A stretch of 62,904 bases of DNA, filler included, from Hausera hauseri (GCA_046269625.1; 11 parts of 11 records of this genome joined end to end with filler, not necessarily neighbours in it); one strand, 5' to 3'; counted from the whole stretch's first letter, positions 11,768-25,573 are shown. Notes: generated by a model from the letters alone, not told the origin. Translations and numbers: made by a program.

Positions 11768-12250
11768 TTGCTGAACAACATAAATTATAAAGGTTTTACT
11801 ACAGTTTCATTGGATGAATTCAAATTCCCATGTAAAGCCAAACAGTGTGTTTTACGATACCCAGAATATACTATTATATTCTTTTCCAGTGGAAAATGCC
11901 GAATAATGGGATGCAAACAACCTATTAATTCATGCAGTTTACCCTATAATATTTCCATTGTGGATATACAGTCAATTACAGTGACATCTGATTTTTGTAA
12001 ACCCATATATCTCATGGCATTGGCGAGGAATAGTCCAAATCTTTATGAACCCGAATTATTTCCTGCACTTAAATTAACTTGTTATAATCCTCTATGCGTA
12101 AATGTCTTCCATACGGGGAAAATTGTTATTACCGGTTTGAAAGATTTGAATTATAGTGATTTGGATAATTGTGTTTTAGACAATAAATTATTATCGATTT
12201 ATATTTTTCTTATTTCAAGAAGCAACATGTATGTACAACAACTTTGTTAA
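11768..12250 (+). CDS. Divergent intronless TATA-binding-protein-like gene
   Basis: Two TBP repeats: TIIFFSSGKCRIMG and IQSITVTSDFCKPIYL...YEPELFPAL...VFHTGKIVITGLK; start is TTG in the ORF track, so may be decayed. Confidence 0.8.
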   Translation: MLNNINYKGFTTVSLDEFKFPCKAKQCVLRYPEYTIIFFSSGKCRIMGCKQPINSCSLPYNISIVDIQSITVTSDFCKPIYLMALARNSPNLYEPELFPALKLTCYNPLCVNVFHTGKIVITGLKDLNYSDLDNCVLDNKLLSIYIFLISRSNMYVQQLC

Positions 12251-14374
12251 CATGACAACAATAACAGTCTGTCATTATAACACCTATACATTATCAATTC
12301 TAATCGTAACTTTCTTCTTCTTCCTCTTCTTTCTCAATAATATTGATTTCAATTTCGTTATCATCACACTCACTGTGTTGGCAATCTTCGCAACATTCCT
12401 CAAGCAATTCAGTATCTATAGTTTTATTAGTTGTATCCATGTGTTCATTATCTGCATGATCTTCTGATTGAATACATGTATATTTTGGAACATCTTCATG
12501 AAACGCAGCCACATTTGTATTTTGGAACATTCTAGAACAATTTGTTTTAATGCATCAATTTGATAAAATTGTTTTGCCCACCAAATTTGAATTCACAGTG
12601 AATCAACATATGCACATCTGAATTTACCGATTTTCGAGTAATAAATTATTCGAATATTCGACTTTTGTACAGATATTCGAAATTCTGACGTTATAATTGG
12701 ACTCCCCATACAGTATTTCTTATCTACCTACATTTAAAGATTTATCGATCTTTGCACCATTGACCTTGAAAATCACAGTTTAAGTTAATTAAAGCATACA
12801 CACATACTTGTGAATTTTGATTGTTTTTTCAGTTAATTTACTCGCTAACGATTCATCAAACGGGGCCTATTTTGCTTGTATACAAGGTTTGCGCACATGG
12901 GAAATCGAATGGGACCTAATTCTCATTCATATGCACTTAATCGCATTAAATTATCTTTAATTAGTCCAGAGATAAATCGATTTTACGTTATTACACACAA
13001 TTACAAATATCTCTACACACATACAACATTTTAGTGTGATTTTTGACTTAAATAATTGCTGTTGACTAGGGGTACGCAATAAAATGTAAAATCATTCGAA
13101 AAAACGAGTTTTATTGAAAAAATAGAAATCGATAATTTTGATTTCCATCGATAGAGGACATTTTCATACATTTGACAAACTTTATCTCACTTCAATACGA
13201 TGTATGGATGCTGAGATATAGCCATTAGAACATTTTATTCCAAATATTCGAATTGTTATCGATTCCGCTCCTAAGGTCGTATGGGTTTGTAACCTATACC
13301 ATTCGATGGAGCTCAAAAACTAAACATTTTTGACATATCAACCAACATTATTCGAAAACTTGGTAAAAAGATTTGAATTTGAAAAAATTTTTTCGAAAAA
13401 TTTGTCCCACATATACCATGTTGTATAAAATTCAAAAATACATGTTTTACTTTCTTTCGATTTTTCGAAAATTTGCACCGAATTCGAATAGTGCAGCACC
13501 TTTCGAATAGCGCAGCACACTTTCAAAGTGTTAAAATCGATGGTGTACTGTGTACTATCGATTGATTTATTGACTTTATTGATTATCGACAATGGGGTTG
13601 GAGCTCATTTCCTATTACTGATTATCAAATCGATTTTCTTTTTTGCCTAAAATGAAAAACAATAGTAAATATTATAAACAGCATAAAACGTCGGTTCAAT
13701 GTAAAGAATGAAACAAAACTGAGAAGAAAAAATAGATTTAACATTTTTTTCTACTTTGAAAATATGATGTACTAATATAATCAAAATCTGACTACGGACC
13801 AAAAGATTTATGTATTAAATTACTAAACATAACTTTGGAGCCATATTTATCAACGAATGAACATGTTCAAAAACAGACAGAAATATTTCATTGGCAGAAT
13901 GATCTCAAATATTACCCATAGTGACAACTAATTTAATGAAAAATCTCTGAATTGAAAACATAAAACAATTATTTGCATTTCATAAACAGTGTTACCTAGT
14001 GGAATAAACGTTGTTGTAATAATTTTTCATACTCACAAGAACAGGGCCGTCAGTGATAGTGAGGGTTTATTTTTATATAAACTATTTATACAAATGTTAC
14101 GTTATTTCAAACTGTTTTCTACTAAAATTTGTTTTCCATTAATTTTTAATCGCATCAATAATAGGTCTTACAAGGAAAAGAATGTAATTGTGAATCTCGA
14201 ACGTGGTCAAAGACGTATAAAATATAATACTTCACTTCTCCCCACTACGTTTAACAACTCTGAACTTTGAAAAAATTTTCTTTTTCCTTTTCGGGTTAAT
14301 ATTCATTTAATATTCCATTTATAGTGTTTTGGTGTTTTGTCAATCTAAAGTGCATTCGTCTATTTATCAATCAC

Positions 14375-14895
14375 AAAAGTTAACCGCTCTGCGAAGCCGA
14401 AAAATGTAACCCAGCGGCACAGGAGGCGGAAGAAGAAAACGGACAATGTGCAACTGGCAACACAACGCATGTTGCTGGTATACTGAAATTCTGTACAGAG
14501 TAAAGTTGATGTTTGGCAAGTCGAATGGACACGGTTTCGTCATCGTCCGACCAAGGGAACATGGGGAAAACCGGTTGGGAAAATTTCCGTAGGGTAAAAT
14601 TTTGCCATGTTCAAGTCTGCCGGTGATGGAAATGGGTCTCATACATTGACCATAAGTTGGTGAAAATTTTATATTATAACCACCTCACGATCAGACCAAC
14701 GGATCCGCGTGAAAAATGAAATCGAAAAACGCATTGTTATAAAATCAAAATCATTATCGTTGTAAATGAGTTCGTTTTTTGTAAAAATCGTGGATTTCAT
14801 TTTGCACGACGACAACGACGCTTAAAACCGAACGCACTAATTACCACGAGCTCATAATGGAGTACTACTACTCTGAAGGAGGTGGTGGTGGTGAC
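14375..14895 (+). repeat. Polinton terminal-inverted-repeat-like sequence (left)
   Basis: Reverse-complement homology to 20025-20525 (shared GGGAACATGGGGAAAA, GATCAGACCAA.GGATCC, TTACCACGAGCTCATAAT.GAGTACTACTACT, GGTGGTGGTGGTGA); adjoins the protease and capsid genes; outer boundary approximate. Confidence 0.7.
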
Positions 14896-15054
14896 TCCTG
14901 AGATCGTCTGCCTACAAACGAATCATGAGTAACACCACCAAATGTGTAACAGAGATATTGAAGTCATATAACAATAGCAACAGCAATATAACAAGTTGTA
15001 CATTTAAAAATCACAAAAACAGTCTATCTGTCCATTCAAAAAAGCGAAATACGT

Positions 15055-15432
15055 TCACAATAATGTCTGTAATATAAGCCACAATAGGCAGTAATGTCCA
15101 CGCAATACGGTAAGTGGATGTTGATAATGAAGTCGATTATATTCAACACGATGATATGATTGTCTTTCAATTTGAGAAACAAACGATGACGGGTAATAAA
15201 ACCGGAGCGGATCGAATACCTTGACGACGGTGGGATGTACGTACACCGCAATCCAATGTTCGCCCGGTAACGATGAACTGTGTGTATTGGCGATGAAACC
15301 TCCGCCACTATTTTGTCGTAAGTCACGCGGCACACGGTCCAGTGGAAATACACCACGGAATTTTACACCCAAGAGTAGTTTTCCATAGTGACTGAATTCA
15401 GTTGAGCTAAACGTAAAACGTGATTTAATCAT
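15055..15432 (-). pseudogene. Polinton adenain-like cysteine protease
   Basis: FRGVFPLD, FIANTHSSSLPGEHWIAV (catalytic H), VFDP, YQHPLTVLRGHYC (catalytic Cys of CGxYC replaced by R). Confidence 0.88.
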
Positions 15433-15485
15433 AATAATAATAATGGTAATAAATTACTTCATAATACAAAGAAGAAGGTTTTATT

Positions 15486-16122
15486 TATACTATGACGGTT
15501 CCGTTTTTCGTTATTTCCACCTCGGCATCAAATACACCGTAAATTTACAGCGCGGTAAATTGCTCCAACGCTTTAGCAAAGTGAACCTACAGTCGCAAGT
15601 TTCCCTGCTGAGGTAGTTGAGTCTGTTTAACGTCATAATCCGCAGCCAGGACAAATGTGAAGAATGGATAGGTGGACTTGAACAAATCCATCGATATTCC
15701 GTTAATGACATTTTTGTTCAACAAACCCATGTTGCGGTCAATAGATTGCATATATGTGCAAACATAATCATTAGACTCAAAGTCTTGTTTGTACGTCTCA
15801 ACGAAATCCTCATTCTTGCCCAAACTGATGTAATTCACATTGCTATGGGTAAACGTTTCCGAACTGGTGATATAACCGCCCGTTTGTTGAGCAGTATTTA
15901 AAATGTAATAATCACAAATTTCGGCAATCACATGTGGCCAAACAGTGCATTTTTGTAAAACGTAGTTGAAATTTTGGGTATGGTGTAAAACAGAAGTTCT
16001 GTGCCTTGTAATGGGTAACAGGCATCTTGTGTTTCTAAGCCAAATCGATGTCCCATGAGCACAGATGGTTCCACCTTTACACGACGTACGTATAATCGTG
16101 CCTCGGTAATTTTCAGTATGGG
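15486..16122 (-). pseudogene. Polinton major capsid protein, C-terminal part
   Basis: ARLYVRRVKVEPSV...YP; FFTFVL; GNLRL*VHFAKAL...IYGVFDAEVEITKNGTV, the typical C-terminus of Polinton PY/hexon; stops present. Confidence 0.8.
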
Positions 16123-16222
16123 NNNNNNNNNNNNNNNNNNNNNNNNNNNNNNNNNNNNNNNNNNNNTTAATTAATTAANNNNNNNNNNNNNNNNNNNNNN
16201 NNNNNNNNNNNNNNNNNNNNNN

Positions 16223-17998
16223 TCAGTACTATCGGCACATCTGGTAAGGCATTTACCAGCTTTGCCAATGATTCATTGAGAAATTGCAATGAATCAAGGA
16301 AGCATATCTAAAACCGGTTAATAGGAACAGGCAGTGACAGTATTTCTTCACTGCAATCGAAATTATGGATAGTTTCCAGTTCAGAAATCCTTTTAAAGCC
16401 CATGTTAAAATATAGTGAAAATCATAACCCCCGAAGTTATGAAAAATCACAGGCAGGAATGGCCGCACAAGCCTTGCTCAATTTCATGAATTTCACGCTG
16501 CTCCCAAGTATCGATCGGCTAAATGGTCGTGATCCGGTACGAGCCATTCCTGTGAATCAAACCATATTATTTTGTGGCACAAATAGCATTCATCGGTGAC
16601 AGCAAAAAGCAGTGGTTGTTATCCGTCTGTCCAAATCAATGGCTTATTGCAATTGTTGCGATACCACGGCGCGATTTCGGTTTCCACTATGGTTTCCAAC
16701 TGCTGCAGGAAATCACTTACACAGTTCTAACCATGGAAAGTTTAATACTGCGGTTGTCCGGCGGCTTTTATTGATAGTAGCAACATACCGACAGCAATTG
16801 GAACGTGCTTTTGATCGTATGCATTGTGCCGTGATAGAATTGCTTTGATATCGGCATACATTACATATGCCGGATTGTATGTTTTTGACCAGTTACAGAA
16901 TCTTAACACCTTTTTGATTGGCATAGCATACATTGTGGTTCCTGACAAAGTTTGCCTGCACAACGCCACATGCTTTTTCCATGTCTCATTTTACCAAAAT
17001 CCATGAAGATACACGGGACACCATTTTCACTGTATACGCTTTTTAATGAAATGGTCATGATCCATGTTCAACAATCTGTCTAAATTCGCCACGGCCGTGT
17101 AATGAAACTTTTCTTCATTCTCCAACAGCAACAAATTTACTGGGCATCCAATTGCATTTCGACTGCGGTAAATTATGTCCACGTGAGGATTTTTGTAAAT
17201 TTTTTCATCCACCAGATAACTTTACGATTATGTTGAACCGGAACACGTTGATTTCCAGTGTCGGATTACGCCGTTCAAAAGCCGGAATGGTTTTGAGTTT
17301 CATTGGCATCCAACATTAGTCGTAGACCAATTCTGAGAAATACTTACTGTACTGCTTTGGACAACTGCATAATATTTGGACACTTGATCACATTTCGATA
17401 TGGCCAGAATGCTGTAAATAAAGCAATGTTCGTCATTAGCATTTTGTACATTCACTACCGCCAGAGACTGCTTCAAGGATGCATGTGTCGGTATGAATAA
17501 ACGTGCGGACAGGTAAATCGTGTCACGCGTCCTGGTCAGAATAAACCCGAGAGTGACAATCTTTACAATTTGCCAACCATTGGCATTTTCGGTGTAGTAA
17601 GCGATTTTTTCGTCAAGCTTTTCGCCTATATTGGCAATAAAATCCTCAGAGTATGGCACCGCTCGATGTGACAGGTACCATTGTTTCTTGTTACCCTGAA
17701 GATTTTCAAATTGTGCAAGTGCATAATATTGCACTTTGCAGTGTTGTTTTTGTTATGGTAATTTGGTCACCTCTGATTCCAAGCGGTTACGCACATTGAC
17801 GGCTACATACTTCAATTGCGTTGCTGTTTTCGCCGACATGTCCACTTTCATGTCCACGAACGATCTGTTCAGGTCGTACTTGACAGTAATGGGTGGTTCA
17901 CGTCCCTGCTGCTCCTCTTTCTGACTTTTGTTGTTTTGAAAGTATTCGTCAAGGCTTGCTGATGCTTGACGTTTCCTGCTGCATCTTGCTGCGTCCAT
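16223..17998 (-). pseudogene. Polinton protein-primed DNA polymerase B, N-terminal region
   Basis: VVNVQNANDEHCFIYSILA; NLLLLENEEKFHYTAVANLDRLL; YADIKA (ExoI-like); DHDHL; LPVIFHNFGGYDFHYI (ExoII); many frameshifts. Confidence 0.85.
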
Positions 17999-18013
17999 TA
18001 ATATTTCCTTTCT

Positions 18014-18412
18014 TTACCTCTGAAACTGGTTTAAGTAATTCTTGTGAATGTTGTAGAATTGTTCATAGTTGATTTCATCAACTATAGAACAACCAGGGCA
18101 AACGTATGCCTGTTTACCGTGCACCGTTGTTGCGCCATAGTACTGCTTCATTATACTATGGCAACCATCAGCATCATGTACTCTACTACTACTACAGTAT
18201 TTCGGGTATGTGGGGCAATGCACAACCATCATCTTCTTGGACCACGGGAATGGACCGAGATGATGCTTGCGCGTCTCATAAAATTCGGCGTACGGACATG
18301 TGTTTTGAATAAAACACACAGGACACAGGTACATGTCCTTGGCCACCAAATAATATTTGGCCATTTCCTTGTGGCATTGTCCACCCTCATGTATGCGGGA
18401 GACGAAATACAT
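18014..18412 (-). CDS. Cys/His-rich hypothetical protein inside the Polinton
   Basis: 132-aa open frame with CPVC and CPGC pairs, 15 nt upstream of the pPolB start and on the same strand. Confidence 0.5.
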   Translation of the reverse strand: MYFVSRIHEGGQCHKEMAKYYLVAKDMYLCPVCFIQNTCPYAEFYETRKHHLGPFPWSKKMMVVHCPTYPKYCSSSRVHDADGCHSIMKQYYGATTVHGKQAYVCPGCSIVDEINYEQFYNIHKNYLNQFQR

Positions 18413-20024
18413 GGGATATTGCGAACATTTCTAAATGATAAACAAATTAAACTAAAAACAAATAAAATGTATTAATTATAAATAAATAAATTTCATTACA
18501 ATACACCATAACTTAATCTCAGACGTCGCCTAAATCGGCTATAAACATACATCAACATTACTACTACTACTACTCTAAATCAACTGGAAAAGTATAATGA
18601 AAGTGAAATTCAGAGAATTACCGATGACATTTTGACCGGACATGTATTTGATGTACAGTTTTATGTGAGCTCACAGAAACGAGAATAATGAGCAGGCGAT
18701 AGTATATTGAATTACTAGTCAAATCTCCCTTCGTAAAACGTATTGAGGATGAAATGAGACGAAAACGACAACAACGTATTAATTTCCTCATTGAACTTTT
18801 ATTTTCCGCTTCGTTTTGTATTGTAATGAAAAAGTTGATTGACGATATTTAATCACACATTTGTACATATTTTGTTGCGTTTGTTTCCTGAGTCAATATA
18901 ATTTATTTCGTGTGCCTTTGTTGTTACATTTCAGTATAAATATTTGTACTTCGTTACGGCATGACATTACAACATATCTCACTTATCAGAACTCAATCGT
19001 TTATATCACTCCTTCGACGATCTCCAGAGTCACCTTTACAATCTTGGTCGACTTTTACATTATGCACGATACTGTTCTCTGTAATAGATACTCAAGCGTG
19101 CTGAGGAGAACTGGAGGACACGAGAACCTTATGTCCGAAATATAAAGTAGGTTTTTGTTACATGGATATGATATTCGGTCAGTTGTTTCGCACTTATCGG
19201 AAATTGTCGGATTACTATGCGTTGGATGGCAATTTATGTCAAATACGGTTTGTGGAAGATTTTGCAAAGATGATTACATTCCAACGTGGCAGTCAACAGA
19301 TCGGATTTGTTTCAAGCAACAGTGCAATATAACTAATTCCGATGGACTCGTTCATTCTCCTACGGGATTGGTTAACCCATGTGGTTTGTGTGCTCCTAAC
19401 ATTCATTAAAAATGATTTAATTGTTGTTGTTGTACAAAACAAAAGGAAATAAATGTTCGATTCAAACTTGACTTGACAGAATGCCTTATTGCCATAGCCA
19501 GACAAGTGTGGTCCGACCAAATACTAGGTTACCGAAAAATTAAAATAATCCTTATAGGTGGGGAAATGTGGTTGTCCGAAACTGGGTCAGTTCAAAACTT
19601 TTTCCGACTCAACTCATTGCGGGGAGTCCGAATATGCAGGTGTTTGAAACTAGGTCATTAATCAAAATTAATAAAAAAAATCAATAAAATAGTAATATAA
19701 GAAATATTAAAAGAAAACAAAAAAACGAACATTTACTGGATGATCCATCTTCGGTTGTCGCAAATTTTCGAAATGACGATAAATTAAGTGTCATGGTATT
19801 TTATATGCTAGTATGTGTAGTGGTCATAATTTATTGACACACATTGCTGATTTTGAAAACAGTACTTCCAAAAAACAACAGTCTCGACTTCATATGTCCA
19901 ATATTTTGGGAATGAACTTTAGACTAAAGAGCGAACAAATCATGAGAAATAATATGATATTTTCATTAATGTTAGCTTGATATTTGGTGGTGGTGATGGC
20001 ACTCATTAGTTTGTAGGCAGACTC

Positions 20025-20525
20025 TCACCACCACCACCTTGTGAGTAGTAGTAGTACTCAATTATGAGCTCGTGGTAACCTTTGCGTTAGTCGTCGTCGT
20101 ACAAAATAAAATTCACACGACTTTTTACAAAACGAACGCATTTACAACTAGATTTTGACTTTTAACAATTCGTTTTTTCGGTCGGTCGTTCGGTTGCATT
20201 TTTCACCCGGATCCATTGGTCTGATCATGAGGCGGCTATAATATGAAATGCTCAACTACTGATGTGCTACGTGCTCAGCCCATTTCCACAACCAGCAGAC
20301 TTAAACAATGGGAAATTTTTAGAGTTTAAAATTTTCCCCATGTTCCCATGGTGAGACAACGTTGAAATTGTGCGCCTTCGATTCCCTGACATTGATTTGG
20401 CATTTGCACCAAACATTGCGCAATTCGTAACTCGTGTCTCGTTTCTCATAAAACATTTCCTGTTTTGCTTCTTTTGCTTCTAGCGCTATCCAGTAAAATT
20501 TTTGACTCGCCGCGCTGTAAAATTT
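20025..20525 (-). repeat. Polinton terminal-inverted-repeat-like sequence (right)
   Basis: Inverted homologue of 14375-14895; contains (AGT)n at ~20044 and CAACTACT at 20253-20260. Confidence 0.7.
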
Positions 20526-22117
20526 TTCTCGCCTCATCGAGCTCTACCGATTTCCGTCGGTAATATGTACTACATATGACATGTGTTTGCAGCTGGGGTG
20601 GGCCTCCGACAACAAAACATGAAATGCTCAGAATTGCGAGATAGGTGGGGAAAACTTGGTCCCCCGTCCATCTGAGCACTTTTTGGGATTTGGAGTGGAG
20701 AGGATACTTCTACCTGCTTACATGGTATTTAGCTTTATTTATAGTTTTTATTCTCGTTAGAAACTTCACTTAACTTTTATCAAGCAAATTCAAGTTTCTT
20801 TCATCATTTATGAAGGTTGGGCCGTCGACTTTTTAGGGATTTATAAGGAATGCATATCATGAATAAGGAATGGAATGATATGATAAAGTTCCAGCCATTA
20901 TAGACACTATAGTACACAACTAATTGCAAATTGTGAAATGCTTAACCAATTTGGCGCCGCCGTGCTCAATTGAGTATGGCAAAACAATTGAAGTTAGTCG
21001 TCAAGACGATTTAAAAAGCTGCAGTTGACGTTCAAAGCTCCTTTTAAAATACGAATGTCAGTTCACTAAAATAGTTACAATAAAATTGGTAAATAGATAT
21101 TTGATGTCACTAGGAGGATTCTAATTTTCACTTCTTTTACTTAATATTATAACACATCCAACAAAAGGTGTTTATTAACACAAAAGTTTGGGTGTATTTT
21201 GTTTTGTTTCATGCTGGGGAATGACCGATGCAAGAAGTGCAAATTTTCACATGTAATACACCAGTAGTACGCCACTCTCGAGGGACGCAATTTTTTTTTC
21301 GCTCTTCATATTTTTCTGCTTATTTAGTTAGTTTATGGTACAAATATAAGCTATTCGTAAATAAAACACGTTTATCTTTTATTTTGCGTTTACTGGATTA
21401 AAGAGAATAACATAGTTAGAAGTTAAACAAAAGTGCATTCCTTCAACAGAACAATGCTATAAATAACTCCTCTTTTCTTGCAGTCGTCAATATTTATCAA
21501 ACAGACTACAATATTAACATATACCATATTCAAACGACTTTGTTCCCAGCGACTATTTCCAACATTAAACGGGCATTAATGTGGAAAAATAATCGAGTGG
21601 CAAAGGTATTATGTCTCGAAAAACGTTATTTCTGAATACTAAACTACTGTAGTAAGAATATTAGTATTATAGTAGATTATATTTGACATGAAGCATTCCT
21701 TTTACGTGTCGTCATCATAGTGGGAACAAATATATTGAATTTATATTTGTTTTATCACCTATTTAGACTATTGTATAACCGAAACGTGTATGTTATGAGT
21801 TAACTAATTTAAAGTTTTTTCTTTTCTAGAAGACTCAATTTGATAGAGAAGGAGGATCTCTATGTATTTTTTTGAAATCAATTTGGAAATTATTTAGGAA
21901 CTTAGTTGGAGAATACGAAAAATGTGCATAGATTTTATGTATAACTTGGACGATTTTATTTAAATATTCTCTCTTACAAACAGCATACTTAATTAAATCT
22001 GTATAATTATCTTGCGTNNNNNNNNNNNNNNNNNNNNNNNNNNNNNNNNNNNNNNNNNNNNTTAATTAATTAANNNNNNNNNNNNNNNNNNNNNNNNNNN
22101 NNNNNNNNNNNNNNNNN

Positions 22118-22950
22118 TTTAAAGGGCAGTTTCTTCTAATGTGTCCATGTTTTCCACAGCAAAAACAATCACCCTTAGATAGCACTTCATCTTTCGGGGC
22201 TGGTAGATGTTTCACTCGGCTGTAGATCTTACTGGCTTTATGATACGTAGAGTGAGTTGGAGCCCGTCTTCTCCTATCTGCGATCAAAGTGGAATGTGGT
22301 CTACTGTCCTGAGCCATGTTGTTATTCATCGACATTGTTTCAAACCTTTCTTTTTTGAATATTTTCTTCCGCTGTTGGTCTTCTATCATATTCTCTTGGT
22401 TTCACGTATGCTGTATTTCCGAAATTTTGGTTGAGAGACTTTACCACATCCCGAAATGATTTCTTCACTGTGGCCACTTCTCTGAACTCTTCTACGCTTT
22501 GGCTTTTTTCCAAAATTTTAGCCTCTTCCCTCATCTCCTCTACCACCACTTTTGGTTTGAAAACAAACCGCTCTCTCAGCACTTTTGAGCTGATTCGTTT
22601 TCTTAGCACTTTTTGAACAAAATCTTTTTTGTTCAACTCAACCATTTTGTCAGTTGCTTGGCGCACTCTGATTTCAAATTTCAGAAACTTTTCTCCTTCT
22701 TTCTGATACATGTTGACCTATTTTACTACCTCATCGAGAGGGTTCACCTTCCTCATAAACGTCGTTTTAAATCGTATTATGGCTTCTTCGTCTGACGGTT
22801 GGTTTCCCTTTTTTGTTTGAAATCCGTCCACAGAATTGTGGCTTGTTTCGTTAACAAGAATTCACAGCTCCACCAAAGGCCGTTGAAAAAATTTCTTAGC
22901 AAGAATCATGTCTTCCAGCCATCGTTTTGACTCATCTGTAAATTATCCAT
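22118..22950 (-). pseudogene. LTR-retrotransposon gag fragment
   Basis: YQKEGEKFLKFEIRVRQ (major-homology-like) and CFCCGKHGHIRRNC zinc knuckle at the contig end. Confidence 0.75.
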
Positions 22951-23340
22951 CAAACTGCCAAAGGGAGGCATCGTAGTATTTCCGGAAGTGTTCGTAATAG
23001 TACGGAGAACTTTGATTACCTTGTCCCATTGTCCTGGTTGGATCGCCAATAAAGAAGACTTTGATGGGCAAAGTCGGTGGACCGAAATCCTGAAGATCAC
23101 TTAGGTTCTTGTCGCATATAATTCAAAGTGATGTCTAATCAGTTTGTAAAATGTATTTATTTTTATCCAATATTAAACCAAATTACAAATAAATAATTTT
23201 ACTTATTATTTATTTTTGCTGTTCCATTACTATTATTTTATTGTTAAATTATGTAAATACAGTCTGCATCTCTAACAGGAAACCTTCTAAGCTATTGCGC
23301 ATTGTATTTACGAACTAGTCGTTCAGGAAAGTGAATTTAA

Positions 23341-25573
23341 CCAAACGGTAACATTGCCGTTTTATCTCTACTAAACAGCCTACTTGTAGTACAGATGATA
23401 CATTATTTCGTTTACATTTTTATGACCCTTTACAATTAATCGTTTATACATATACATTAACGTTAGACAACGTTTAGGGGTCCCTCATGTTAGGTTTTAA
23501 TATATCACAGTCTTTAATATTATGCTTCAGGATTAAGGATTAGATTATAGATAAAAGTATTGCTTTTTATATACTTGTATTATTGTAAAGCTATTTTGCA
23601 TTTAGTGCAAAATGAATATCAGTACACGAAGTTTTTACAGTCAATTTGGACGACGCACGACAGCAATTGTGCCAATCACTGCTGAGTTGGGAGAAAATGA
23701 CGTCACTGATGATAGCAGCTCAGATAAAGAATTGTATCACTCTGTTGCATCAGATGACGTGGATGAAGATGTTCCACATGACTTGCAGATTGCAGCGTAT
23801 GGCTCTTAGAATGATGATGATGATGATCAACACCATGCAAGCTGTTGGCGTAGGATGGACTTTGACGCCAAGGTAGAAACAGAACCAGCGTTTACGGTGC
23901 CTGATGAAATACAAACACCGTTGAAATACTTCCAACAGTTCTTCAGCACGGAGTTGCTAGACCATTTTATACAGCATACTAACTTGTATAGTGTGCCACA
24001 GACTGGAAGCTCAGTCATTGTAACCCCAAGTGAAGAGGAGGATTTCCTTGGCATCTACATTCTGATGAGTGTGATAAAGCTTCAAAGTATTGACGACTAT
24101 TGATCGATGGATGCACGTCAACCATCCTTGGTGAACATAATGTCAAGCAAGAGGTTTCAAGTGCTACGCCGCTTTATGCACTTCGCAGATAATCATGAAG
24201 TGTCAATGACGGATAGATTCTTCGAACACCGATATGTTATCAGCTCTGTGAATACAGCATGTTAAGCAGTTGAAGGAGAAATAACATACTCTATAGATGA
24301 AACCATAATACCATACAATGGAACATGTCCTGGTAATATGAGACAATACATCCGCAGTAAACTCCACAAGTAAATTTTTCCGAGCGGGGACATCTCGTAT
24401 GGAGTACGATTTTTTTATGAAGAATACCTTTTATGAAGAGTACTTAAGTGAAGAAGAGAAAACCATGGAAGTTGATGCCAAAGTAGTTGTTACTCTCTGC
24501 AAGAGTATTCACGACAGTGCTGAAGCTTGCGTGCATTTCGATAAATTCTTCATACGTATTCCTCTTTTGGAATACCTATGTAATGTTTTCGGAATTCATG
24601 CTCTGGACACGGTGCGATAAAATAGAATGAGTGGGTGTCAATTGGTGGCAGACAAGCACCTTCTAGCAACTGGTTGTGGTAGTTACGATTTTAAGTCACG
24701 TGGAGGTGTAATATTGTTGAAGTAGTCTAATCGTAAATGTTTTGTGTCGGCAAGCACTTTCAAGGCTGTAGAACCATTGGGATCTGTCTGGCGCTACAAC
24801 AAGGTTTCAAAACAGAAAGAACCAGTTAGAGCTCCTGCCACTGTGTCCACTTACAACAAACACATAGGTGGAGTGGATAAGTCCAACATGTTGATAGAAT
24901 TATACAGGAGCCAATCGTTGGTACTGCACAATATTCATGCACACTCTAAATCTCTGTGTTGTCAACGGTTGGATGATGTTTAGGCGTAAATGTGGGTTGC
25001 GTCAGATAACTTACAGAGGTATCACGTAACTGAAAAAATTTAAACTTCACGTTGGACGTGTACTGACAATCCAAGGAAAACCAAAACAGGACGTCCATCA
25101 GTCGAAAAAACTGGAAGAGAGCCAAAACATATAAGGCGTCCAGTTGTGTTAAGAGTGCATAGAAGCACAAGACTGAATGAGGTAGGAGATTGTCCAGCTA
25201 AAACCATTCGTGGACGTTGCCTGTTTTGTAAGAAGGGGACTTCCCGCAATATGTATGTGAAAAGCAATGCGCGCCTCTGCATAGACAAGAAGAAAAACTG
25301 CTTCAGACTGTTTATACTAATGACATTAATTAGTAAACGAATGCAAAATTATAATATTTAGAACTATGCTTATATGTAGTTTGTGTAATATGATGTAATT
25401 ATTATTGTGTCATTTTCTTATCGAGCAATATTACCGTTTGGTAATAACTCAACTCAAGAAATAAAACAAGTAACTAATTTTTTGGCTACATATTAACTAT
25501 ACGACTCTATTTGATGGGAATATATTAAAAAAATTTAACTTGTGTTTACTAGCACTGCCGATTATAGGGTTAA
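23341..25573 (+). mobile_element. Decayed piggyBac transposon
   Basis: TPLKYFQQFF...TNLY; MSSKRFQVLRRFMHFADN; SIDETIIPY; HFDKFF; YNKHIGGVDKSN; Cys-rich tail (RCLFC...LC...CF); right end AGGG-TTAA at 25566-25573; 17-bp subterminal inverted repeat 23341-23357/25425-25441 with 1 mismatch. Confidence 0.9.

Noticed and set aside
12560-13620. Possible non-autonomous DNA transposon rich in TTCGAA/ATCGAT palindromes
   Set aside because: No matching terminal repeats or TSD could be identified by eye
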